From assembly GCA_900088475.1 (NCBI GenBank), contig FLMG01000460.1, positions 16,402 to 80,401 of the forward strand: a DNA stretch of 64,000 bases, read 5' to 3'. The position numbers and the translations under genes are program-made. The DNA is from Hyphochytrium catenoides (taxonomy: Eukaryota > Protista > Hyphochytriomycota). Below the pieces are notes generated by a model. That model searched no databases. It was not told the origin of the DNA and saw nothing but the letters and a program-made list of their open reading frames with translations. This document shows, one piece after another, positions 11,407-22,800 of this stretch (positions are counted from its first letter, which is position 1; each line of letters opens with the position of its first letter).

Positions 11407-12557
11407 CCTATCAACCTCACCTCCCAGGCTGGACAGCACACGGTGCTGCTGCCTTACCGTTGACCCTCCAAGTGATGGCGGGAGATGCCTTCTACCTTAA
11501 TCTTAAGGTATAGAAACCTCATTCTGTGAAACTACCAGCAGTCACCGCTATCCCAGCGACCAGGTCAGCAAGTGACCTTTAGTCTGGCATCTGGGAGGTC
11601 ATCGAGGCTCAAAAATTGCGAGTCAAGAAACTTCAGAACCAATTATCATTGCCAAAGGTAGACATCACTGCCACCCAGTAGATAGCCAGTAACGACTTTC
11701 GGGCCAACAAAATGTCGTCCCTGTACTAGTAGAAAGCTGTCATACAAGAGACATGTACGTCGATGTACACTTTGTTCCATCTCTATAACCCCACACAGGC
11801 AATAATTATACCAAGTACAAGTACGTACACTCTATGATCAGGACGATTCTTCAAATACTTGCTTGAAGGTGTGTCCTACGTGAAGTAGAGCTGTATAATA
11901 ATGATGGACAGCTCAGTCAGCTCTATACCTCGTCCTTGTACAAGTACAACTTCGAGGGGTCAACTCTTTGCCACAACTAGTTTCTGAGTATGATGTTGCG
12001 GCTAAAACTGTTGTTTTGAGTCTGTCTGTCTATGGAACAGAAGGAACAAACTTGTTGCGTTGAGTGCTCAGAACTCCTCGGCTTTTATAACCTCCAAAAA
12101 ATCGTCTGGATAAACAATCTGCAGAATCCACCATGCCAGAAGGAGTGATTTTATTGCGAGAACCGCAATAGAAATCTCTAGTTCTACTATCTATTTCGTC
12201 TTCTGCTGTTCCCAATGATTTTGTCCTGGGCTCAACCTTCATGACGCCGTGATCTCACCATCCCCTCAGCTCCGTAATCCTGCTGCCTTCTTCTCTTGAT
12301 GAGGTGAAGGTAAGCCAGAGTCTTTATATCCGTTTAGGTCGGTGTCGATAGATATTTGATAAATTATAAACCTAGGGGAACTGCTCCTTCTTTTTCCTAG
12401 AAATTATCAAGTTCTCTTCCGTGACCGCAAGACGCCAGAAAGAAGGCCACAAGAGCTTACTACAGAGCTCATAATAAAATCTGTTGAAATATCAGTTTTC
12501 GGCGCCGCGGCCAGTTGATATAGAAAACTTTGACGACTACTACTTCACTTGCTAGGG

Positions 12558-14528
12558 TTAATAACCGTCATGTGAAGAAGCGTGCCCCGACGTGCTGGTA
12601 AGGGTGTCGGACACACCCTGAATGCCAGCTGTTGTTGACTTTTGGATACCATTTTCGCCGTTATTCATGGAGGGACCCCTGAAAGCCTTTGCCTCAGCAG
12701 GCGACTTAAGCAGAGAATTGACGCCCTGATTGGCTGTCATTGTGGCAGCGGCCCCTGCTGCGTCTCTTGCCGGTTGATTAGGATGAGCGAGAGTTGAAAC
12801 TAAGGTATCAGACGACCGTAACCCAAGGCCTTGGCTGCTGACTTGAGACTCCTCCTCGTCGTCACAGTCTTCTGCTTCCTCATCCTCGCTGTCGTCGCAA
12901 TCTTCTGTTTCTTCCTCAACCTTCTCGTCGTCCTCGCAGTCTTCCGTTTCTTCATCCTGCTGGTTCTCACGGTCTTCCGTCTCTTCATCCTGCTCGTTCT
13001 CACAGTCTTCATCCTGCTCGTTCTCATAGTCCTCGTCCGAGTCCACTTGTGCCTGCTGCAGCTCCGCCTCGTCCTCCTCTTCACAATCCTCAACTAATGG
13101 TGGTGACGTCCCGGTCACAGTCTCACCAGCTTCGTAGATAGGAGTTGGTGCTTTCGGAGGTGAAGGCTGTCCGTCACCGATGTTTGAACCAGGTGTAGGA
13201 GTTGGTGCTTCCGGAGGTGAAGAATGTCCATTGCCGCTGTTTGTACCAGGTGCGGGACTGGGTGGTGCCGCAGGTGGAGAGTATCCGTCACCACTGATTG
13301 CACCAGGTGCAGGACTGGGTGGTGCCGGATGTGAAGAATGTCCGTTGCCGCCGCTGTTTGTACCAGGTGTAGGAGTTGGTGCTTCCGGAGGTGAAGAACG
13401 TGCATTGCCGCTGTTTGTACCAGGTGTAGGAGTTGGTGCTTCCGAAGGTGAAGAACGTGCATTGCCGCTGTTTGTACCAGGTGTAGGAGTTGGTGCTTCC
13501 GGAGGTGAAGAACGTCCATTGCCGCTGTTTGTACCAGGTGCAGGACTGGGTGCCGCCGCAGGCGATGAGTATCCGTCACCGCTGATTGTATCAGGTGCAG
13601 GACTGGGTGGTGCGGGAGGTGAAGCATGTCCGTTGCCGCTGTTTGTACCAGGTGCAGAACTGGGTTGTGCCGGAGGTGAAGAACGTCCGTTGTCGCTGTT
13701 TGTACCAGGTGCAGGACTGGGTGCTGCTGGAGGTGAAAGATTTTCGTAGGTTGGCCGTTGTGCCCCAGTATCTTCTTGTGGACCCGGACTGTTGATTTGC
13801 CCACCAATGGGAGCTAGTTGGTCCCAATTAGGTGGGCTCTGTGCAGCTTCTTTTTCTGCTGTACCTGGGACCCAAGGTACGACAGCCTCCACCCCGGTAG
13901 AAGAACTTGGAAGGGGAGTGGGTGCAAGGGCGATGACCATGGGTGATGGTGGCATAATTTTCCCGTCATCTGTTACGTCATCTGCATCTGGCACTTTGAT
14001 GGGATTGCTAGAGCCTGGTCGCAGGTTGTTCCCACTGGAGCTTGGAGTGGGTGCCGAGTTGTGTGGGACCGGCACTGGGACGGGGGTACTGCCTCCTCCT
14101 CCAGATCCGGGTATACTTTCCTCTGGATATGCAGACCCCCCGTCACGGGTGCTTGGAACGTCTGGGGTTTCTGGACTAGAGGAGCTCTCCAAACTGATTT
14201 CAGGGGAGGAACTCTCAGCGCCAATACCCGAAGGCGGTATAATAGAAGAGCTAATTTCACTCGAGGCGGGACCACCACTTTTCAATACGCATCCCGGCAC
14301 ACCGCTTCTGACTATGCCACAGCTCGAGCCATGAGGGAGGCCTTCCTGTGGTCCTGGGCAGTTGCCATTAGGCATCCCACCTACACATATAGGAACCGTT
14401 GCACAGAACGTCCCGACACCTTCAACAGAAACCTCAAGCTGTCCCGCCACGCAGTCAAGGCGGCTGGCCTGCCCTAAAGGGATAGTAGACGCTAGCCCCA
14501 CAAGGGTAAGGAACTGAATTATCTTCAT
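12558..14528 (-). CDS. Secreted mucin-like protein: signal peptide, small Cys-rich domain, Pro/Ser/Thr tandem repeats, acidic Cys-punctuated region
   Basis: Intronless 656 aa ORF. Hydrophobic N-terminus MKIIQFLTLVGLASTIPLGQA; six-Cys segment CVAGQLEVSVEGVGTFCATVPICVGGMPNGNCPGPQEGLPHGSSCGIVRSGVPGC; 19-aa repeats; D/E-rich tail. Confidence 0.85.
   Translation of the reverse strand: MKIIQFLTLVGLASTIPLGQASRLDCVAGQLEVSVEGVGTFCATVPICVGGMPNGNCPGPQEGLPHGSSCGIVRSGVPGCVLKSGGPASSEISSSIIPPSGIGAESSSPEISLESSSSPETPDVPSTRDGGSAYPEESIPGSGGGGSTPVPVPVPHNSAPTPSSSGNNLRPGSSNPIKVPDADDVTDDGKIMPPSPMVIALAPTPLPSSSTGVEAVVPWVPGTAEKEAAQSPPNWDQLAPIGGQINSPGPQEDTGAQRPTYENLSPPAAPSPAPGTNSDNGRSSPPAQPSSAPGTNSGNGHASPPAPPSPAPDTISGDGYSSPAAAPSPAPGTNSGNGRSSPPEAPTPTPGTNSGNARSSPSEAPTPTPGTNSGNARSSPPEAPTPTPGTNSGGNGHSSHPAPPSPAPGAISGDGYSPPAAPPSPAPGTNSGNGHSSPPEAPTPTPGSNIGDGQPSPPKAPTPIYEAGETVTGTSPPLVEDCEEEDEAELQQAQVDSDEDYENEQDEDCENEQDEETEDRENQQDEETEDCEDDEKVEEETEDCDDSEDEEAEDCDDEEESQVSSQGLGLRSSDTLVSTLAHPNQPARDAAGAAATMTANQGVNSLLKSPAEAKAFRGPSMNNGENGIQKSTTAGIQGVSDTLTSTSGHASSHDGY
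13140..13740 (-). repeat. Coding tandem repeat: about 10.5 copies of a 57-bp unit (one copy 60 bp)
   Basis: Recurrent ccgctgtttgtaccaggtg...ggtgaagaa on the + strand; the protein unit is approximately SSPPEAPTPTPGTNSGNGR. Confidence 0.92.
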
Positions 14529-16803
14529 GTTTCAGTCCTAAAAAAAACAGAACAGAGTTAACCGGCGCGGCAATTCGCCGAATGCAGGATCCTGCCGCAG
14601 CTGATGACGCCAACTGGGAATTGTCGATATGGCTCCTGAGGATCCCAGGCTTGAAGCTTTTTTTGCTTATGACCCCGAAGAAGGAAAAAGGGTTGAAAGA
14701 GACACCATAGACACAAGCCGTAGAATTAGTATTGAACATAATAAGAGCTGTTCTAACACTCTCGTACACTACTAAGCATGAGGCTGATATCGGTGATCAG
14801 ATGTGAACAAAAGTGTCAAAGCTCAAAGTTAGCCGCTTTATTGTAGAGCTTTATTAGTAGAACTATCCGCTTAGCCTTGTGAGTAGGGAGTAGTCTAGTG
14901 TTGTCCCGGACAGTGCATGCATTCCCTCATCCCACGTTTCTTTCGAAAAGAACGGGTTCATTCATTATAGACAAAAAACTGTAGGGGTGTGTCCATGAGA
15001 CAGTAGTGTCGTAGATATTGTGAGTACATTACGTATAGTGAGCACCCATGGTCCCATCATCACCCATCACTAGTGTCATGAACCTTCTCAGACTTCTTAT
15101 TCCTTTTTTTTGAAAGGATACCGCTGAAGCCGCCACTAAGTAGATCTACTCTCCCACTGCTGAGATCTACCACAATGTATGCGGTGACTGGGGACAAAAA
15201 GGATAGGAATCACGTGATCTAGTGAGCGGCCCGAGAACTAGAGAGAGGTGTCCGGTCCAGACCTGCTGGTACGCGCCAAACTGTGTCGGATGGGCTCAAT
15301 GTTTCCGTCCTCCAAAGTCGCTCTTTCTCTTGCAAATGCCTTAGCCTGTCTCTTTGTCTCAACCTCGTCTGTCGATAGGAAATGCTATTGCCAGGACCTA
15401 GAACGGGCTATAGAATCATATGGCTCGGATTCCATTATCAGGCACTAGCAATATCTCCGGCCAATCCCCAGCGTCCTTGAGAGATGAGACTTCAAGAACT
15501 GGGGGAACAGGAGGTTGTCTAAGAGAAGCTCCCAATTACAAGTACCCGTGTACACAAGTCTGAGTACAAGTCCAGAGCATTAGAATTGATATCTTTGAAG
15601 TACTGTTTTACTCGCTGCTGTACTTGTTCTATTCAAGTCGTGGCCCATGGGTAAATTTTTATAAATAACTAAATAACGGTACCTGCAGAATTGGTGGATA
15701 AAAAGTTAATACACCAAGTACATAATAGTACATAGTTCTAATTCTGCTAGCACAAGTACTGTTTTACTTGTCAAGGCACTCCTACGAGGACCTGTCAGTA
15801 CTTGAGAAAATCCATACATGCCAAGGTTCTCCACCAGCTGCCTCCAGTCCTGCTCATGGCTCATGGCTCTTGGCACCGGCACCACAGCGCAGCTTTCTTG
15901 GTGCCCTCGTTGGGTCGGGAGACAGGACTAGTTCTTAGCTTTGAGATGCCTTCATTCATTAGATAACAGGTCTCACTCACTACTCCTGCTACGCTAAGAA
16001 CCCGAGGCGTTCAGTATGCAGACCGACGGTCTGAGCTTTGGGGTATCCTGCATTGTGAAGCTATCATTGCAACTCTATGAAGCGTGATGGGTTGCTCCTT
16101 TCTCTCTTGAATCTTCGAAGATCCATTAGGTCTACATCAGACCTATAATTTGTCTCGAGCAGCCAGAAAGCGAAAGCGGCATGCCAGATCTCTCTGCCTT
16201 CTCTTTTCTCTCAGCTTGTCCTGGTGTTCTTGAGCAGCAGCACCCAGTCCGGTATTGCAGAACGTTAAAGTCATTTGTAGAAATTGTACCTCGTGCTGGA
16301 ACCTAAACACTAAGCTTTCGTCGATATCTCTGTTCGCCAAGGGCGGCAGAAGCATCTTTGTATCCATACAAGTAGGAAACGCAGCGGTGAAGCATGTTGG
16401 TTGTCAGCGATTCGTCCTGTATTTCTGTATTAGCTAGCTCAAGACGAGGGGAAGCAGGTGATAACGTAATGGGTGGTTGTGAAATTGTGGAGTCCAGGTG
16501 CAAAGCCGTTTCCCCTTCAACACTGCAAGTACAGCTTAGAGAACTGTGGTCGCTCTTCGCTCTATTCCCAAAAGAAGCTTGACGTGAGGGTGACATCGCT
16601 AATGAGATGCAAGAGCCCAGTTCACTGTGGTGAACTACATCATACCAGTCTCAGGATGTGGCTATTAGTGCTGTCTACTGCAGTTGGATTGGAATTGGAG
16701 CAGTCGTTGTTGTCTATAAGGGTTATGCTGGCCAGCCAACGCTCAAGGGACATATTCAGCGTCGGTGCACTAGGGATCCTTAGTAGGCACGATGTCAGGT
16801 CAT

Positions 16804-19800
16804 TTAATGTCCTACTTGATCTCCTAGCACAATATGAGTCCCGACTGCCCTTGGGACGGTCTCGTCCTCCTCTTTGGCACCGCCAGACGCTTCCCCTTCT
16901 CTAAGCAATTCCTCATACAGCTTCTTAGCTGGTGTTCCGAGACCCCTGCGGATCCACCTAAAATAACAGTGCAAAGGGTTACTAATATGGCATAACGCAG
17001 AGTACGAAAAACGGGATTATATGAGTATACCGCCGTCTTCTGCAGAGCTTCAGCTTCCTCAGGCCATCCTTGTCATTAATCTCCCCTTTCCTCGCCGTCG
17101 CGCTTTTGAAGTGCTTTATCTTGAAAGTTCTGGACATGGACAGGAAGGAGTAGTTGTACTCCCAACCCTCTGCGTCGCAGTTCGGAACAGACATGTCAAC
17201 TTCCCAGTCCGCTAAGTCAAAGTTAAACGCTCCTTCCGTTCGGGACATCGTGCTAAACTTAAGAGGGTCTTGAGGGAAAAGATGGGCTCGCGTAGATCCA
17301 AACCCTGATATCAGATTGTTCCTACAAAAAATGCAGCAAGATGCAGTATGAGGTGAGTAGGGTAGAGGTACAAAGAGCTGCAGCTAGGAACGTTGGGCTA
17401 AAGGGACATGGGACTTTGAAGACATGAGCGTGTCAACAACGTAAAAATACCGAGCACAATAAGCCCCAGCCGAGTCAAAGCTGTCAATATAACTTCGATG
17501 AGATGTAGGGTTCACCTTTGGTTCTCCCAAACCTCAGCCTGCGCCGGCGGAAGAGAACTTATCAGTTCTCGAAACTTCAGGTCCCGCTTAGCTCTAGCCT
17601 TCGCAGATACTAGCTCAGAAGGGACCTCCACCAACCGCTTTAATGCCTTTAAATTGTGGTCAGCACTGGAGAAGGCGAAGCCTGTGGTGCAGCAGACAAG
17701 TTGTGGTTAGGAATGACGCAGATGTAGATGATTCACTCTCAACGTGAGATATCATGAAGGACCAAGTCACGAAATCTATGTGGGGCATGAACAAAGGAAA
17801 CAGAGATCGTAGATAATACACAGGGACATGGGGTACAGAGGCTCATAGATGCACGTTGCAGTCCACACAAAGATTGATGCCAGCAGAATGTGTACGAATT
17901 CGGGCCCCAATCGCTGCAGCTCAATCGATGCAGTCACATTGGGCTATTCCTAACCTTTATGCTGTGCACCAGCGTGCTCCTTGATGTCAATATCAAAGTC
18001 ATGATCGTCATCTTCATACGCCTCCTCAAGTGACCTGTGCCGAGGGAGAAACTGTTAGCAACTAGTTCCGAATCAAAGAGGCCACGGACTCCTCGCACTC
18101 TCCCGATTCAAGCTGGAGTGCCTCCTCTCTCACTTTTGGCGCTTGGCGTACTTGCCTGAGTTCATTTGCTCTACATAACTCTACCCCGCACCACCTCTCT
18201 CTTCGCGGTCACGTATACGCGAAACTCTGTGGTTCTCTTTCTCTCAACTACTCTCCAAAACTAAACTCCCTGTTCACGGTGTCAACTCTAGGCTGCTTGA
18301 AACTTACCTATCCGCCACGAAGAAGGTAGTTTGCTCCACGGGTGGATTCCAGTCCAGGTTTGAGGTGTCAACCTTGTACCAAAAGGCCTCTCGAATCAAA
18401 TGATAATATTCGGGGTAGAACTGTTGGTAGACTTCAGTCGGGACATGGCAGTCAGCGAGACCTAAGGGATGGTCTATTTACCTCTCTTTTCCATCCTTTC
18501 CAGTAGATATCTCTAGCCAGGGCCATAACGGAGGTTACTATCACCACGATATAGAACATCGGAATCTCGTAAAGATATGGGAAAGCCCAATCCATGACCG
18601 AAGGCATTCCAGCATAGTTGAATGCTATAGCGCTTAAGCCATATACTATCAATGACAGCCATACAGCTAAATGTAGAGGCCAATCAAAGGTAGCTGCATT
18701 GAAGATGAGCTTTAAACTGGACACCACCATCATTGCTGTCCTGTGTCGGTTGTGGAAGATTAAGCGATGACTATCATAGAGAGTAGCGGCATAACTTGCT
18801 AATATTACCAGGAGACAGCACCACAGTCCCAGAAGCCATAGAATGCACCGTTATGGTCGAAGCGGCCGTAGAACCACAGGGGGACAAAGACGCAGATAAC
18901 TCCTTCGAAAAGTGCTTCGGCAAACCTGGAATACTCCTGTTATTGAGAAGAAAGGCTAGGGTACTGAATCAAGAGTGAGAAAGCGTCACCCTGGATCGCA
19001 GTTACGGCCCAAGAAGGGACTGAAGAAGCTGAGGAATGAATGAATACACCAAGCCTCAGATCGTACTCGAGAGGACGGATTAAGAGCATTGGCCCGAGCC
19101 GGCGATGCAAAGAGAGACAACAAGCTCCCTTCAAAGTAGAGACAGCCACACCTATGTAAGGTGGCAATGAACTGGACACAGAGTGACGAGGTTCCCTGAA
19201 AACCATTGAGAAAAGGATATACAGGCAGACTCAAGGAAAGCCGAGAGGGAGTGGTACAAAGGCACAGACGACCAGAATATAGCCCACCATGCCCAGAACA
19301 CGCCAGTACTGAAAAGCTCATTTTTCCATCCTGCTCTGTAGATTGCCGGATAACGTTCAGCCATCACGTCGGGAACCTCCTGATCCAAAATGGAGACGGC
19401 GACGATGGGAACTGCTGTGTACAATGTGTTATAGCTGCATGACAGAATGCGGTAAGGCTAGATCGTGGATCATAGCGTAGACCTCACTAGATAGAATATG
19501 CTTTTAAGGTACAAACAAATGAGGGCGGATGCCATAAGGGAAAAGCTAGATTGAGGAGGAGAACACGGGCTGGGGCATGACAACAGGCACAGAAAAAAAG
19601 TGCCGGCTGCCAAGAGAAGCATGCTTTTGCCAAGTCAGCGACTTACAGGTTGATCCATGCATTGTTATAGAAGCGGCTGCCAGACAACGCCGCGTACATC
19701 GCATAGAGATAGAGACACCACTGAAAGAGTACGTTCTTGTATATGATGTAGAGACAGGTCTTGGACATCCGAAAGTAGCACCAATGACCATGTACAAGGA

Positions 19801-22800
19801 GCAGGCGTTTGAGATAGGCAAACTGCGCTATGGCATAGTCGCTATTGTTCACGGCTTGAGCACCCTCTTGCCCTGATATGCCTATACCGACGTGGGCTTC
19901 CTGAATCATGCTAACATCGTTAGCGCCATCTCCAATAGCTAGCGTCCGAACATCCAGAATGTTGTCCTTCACTAGCGCGACCATCTGGGCCTTCTGCTTG
20001 GGGCTCACACGGCATCCCACCAGGGCCACACAGTGCTGAGCGAATTCCAGCAGAAGCTAGGAGGGGAGACCATAAATTAGCATAGCAACGCAGACCACTA
20101 CACCTTCTCTTGCTATTTTGTACATGACTACGGCAGCGGAGATGCAAGAAAGTGAAGGAGACAAGACTCATTTTCCCACCTGCTGAAGATACAAACTATC
20201 AAAGATGAGTGAGAGCGAGGCTCCATCAATAATGAGGGCCTTAGGAGCAATTGCTGGCCTTTCTGCTGGGAGAAGATGGCCGTTCACCTCCCAGTACCCG
20301 GTCATTTCCTCCGCGTACGCCCTCAACGCCTTCTTAAGTGCACCCTTTGTTGGGAAGTTGCTGTTATTGATGATGATCCGGTCCATATCATTGCTCAGGA
20401 GTTGGCACGCGAAAGCGATGTTGATAGCTGTCTCTTCCTTGTCTCCAGTTAATACCCAGAGCTTGCAAGCGTTGCAGATAGCACAAGTAACAGGAGTACA
20501 CAGCAGTGAAAGAACGGAGTGGGTCGCGGGTGATGAAACGAGGACGGGAAGAGAGCCATCAGCAACAGGTGAGAACTAAGGACGCTGTGCAGGGACAACG
20601 CTGGAGGATGGTGGAATCAAACACAACAACGAATACGATTGAGTAAAGTTTCGCTTAGAGACCATCGTGAAGGGTGATAGAAGGCTACCTTGATCCCTGC
20701 CTTCATGAGATCGGATATGGTTTGAGGCACCCCGTCCTGGAGACGATCCTCGATAGCCGTGGCTCCTAAGAGCATGAGCCCTTGCTCAAGTCGATTCTCC
20801 AACCTATCAATCTTATTGTCCTCGCCTGAAAAACATACAGATATCAAGTTAGAGGCATCACCCGTGGTCTTCATCTTCTCAAGGCAATGTTGACAACTTT
20901 GAGGACAACGGATCTAAACAGGCTCAATCGAATGTGGGAAGCTTTAAACTCCATGTACCTAACCAGCCGATGTCGGGGTACCCTAAGCAGCTGGGCCATA
21001 CCTCTTCCTCTCTTGTCCACTTCTTCCAAGTCCAAGAGAACAGCGTGATATTCCGTCGCCCATTCCTCGTATTCGTCCTCATCTAGCTCCCTGTAAGCCA
21101 GGACCAAGGTCCGCAGGCCGTCCAAAGCAAAGCGTTCAAGGTGCTCAACAGTGCTTTCAACGAGTTGTTCAGCATTTGTCTCTCGATTAATCCGCTGCAG
21201 CATCACGCTGTCCGCCCCCTTTGAATACAGGCGAAGAGAACCTATAAGAGAGATTGGAGATCGTAAGTGGAAGACATCACCTCCAGATAAGTGAAGGACA
21301 GCTGAGGGTGGCCGCCTCGTTTCTGCTCACCATCAGCGAAGCGAATCACTGTCGACATCCGCTTCCTAGTACTATTGAACTCTATTACATCTAGCACTTC
21401 GAACTCTTGGATGCCTCCCTTTGTCTCCACAAATATCATTCCGGGACGCCGGTCTATGAACTTGTAGCCCAGGAAAGCGGCCCCTAAAAGCAAAGACCAT
21501 CGAGGTCATTAGTCTTCTATCGTTGAATAGGAAGGAAGAGAACAAAAGCAACCATGTCACTCAGACTGGCGGCTGTACAGCAGAAGAGCCCGTACAGTAG
21601 TACTATTGAGCACAGTGTACGGCCCTGAGGCAGTCGATCATCCACAAGTAGCGCCGACGAGAAGGAGCGGGAAGGATGAGATGCTGATAGCGATAACAAC
21701 CACAGAAATGGCACCTCCTGACAGAACTAAAGGGAGCTATTGATAGGATGAGGAGGAAGAGGAATCACACCAAGCCAAGATGGGCCCAGACCTGCAACTA
21801 GGGCTTGTTCGTCAGGTGAAGAGGCAGACCAAGTGACTTGTGTGCGGTCTTCACTGCCCTGATGGTGTTCGGGAATGACAGTGTGGCAGATAGAGAGATG
21901 AAGGAGAAACTCCTCAATCTTGCTTGCATGGTCCTGTCCCCTTGCGCCCTAACCACGAGGTTATCGTAAGAAAGCTATGAGCATTAATCAATTGGTTAAA
22001 CTTCCGACACTGTGCTACCTCTCTGTCAAGTTTGAACTCATCGTCGGGATCTAAGAACTTCACATTTGGTGGTTGATCGACCTCGAGGCTATCCGCCTTG
22101 ATATCTCTCAGAGAAGCCTGGGAAGGGCAGGAAAGACAGAGAGAGCAAATGATTGGATCCCATCCTTCTTGTCGCTTTCAATAGTGCCCCTGAGTACATT
22201 GGAAGTATGGAACAAGTGGGCTGAATGTACAGCCAGAAGAAAGGCTACTATCTTCCGCTTTCTGCTCTCACCTGCTTGCCAGCCCTCTTTATGGCCACTC
22301 TTCCAATCTCCGTGGTTCCTTTCCCGTAAGCTACTCCGTTTATAGAAAATTTTCTAAAGTCCATTATATTAGCTGTCAGAGTCCCCGTCTTGTCAGAAAA
22401 GATATGTGAGATCTGCCCCAGCTGGTCATTTAGATCCGGATTACGTGCGTTAGCAGGCATGTCCGTCGGCTCATAGTACATCTTCAAATCGTTGGAGATA
22501 AACCAGGCCTGCCACGTCTTAGTCACCGCTATACTTACGTATAGAGTGATGGGGACGAAGGAGGACGTGAGGCCCCAGAAGAAGAAGACGTAGATTATGA
22601 ACCCTAAGGCGTTGTTGAAGAACGGGTAAGGGGGAGAGGTGTCCTGGAGTATGAGGTAGGTCGCTGTATCCAGGTTGGTGGCCACCCACCATGAGCACAG
22701 AGCGCCAGCCAGGAGACAGATTACAAGGAGAGTGAGAATGATGTACACTATCTTGCGATTGATAATCTCAGCAATCTGCCCTATCTTCTGTGGGGTTGGC

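Noticed and set aside
13140-13740. CRISPR-like appearance of the repeat array
   Set aside because: Contiguous in-frame coding repeats with no unique spacers, in a eukaryotic context with no cas genes.
13115-14477. Long alternative-frame and antisense ORFs over the mucin-like gene
   Set aside because: By-products of a stop-poor tandem repeat; no independent coding signal.
16303-16596. ORF that could be a further terminal exon of the flippase
   Set aside because: I could not find a convincing in-phase splice path from the DysF exon; left unresolved.
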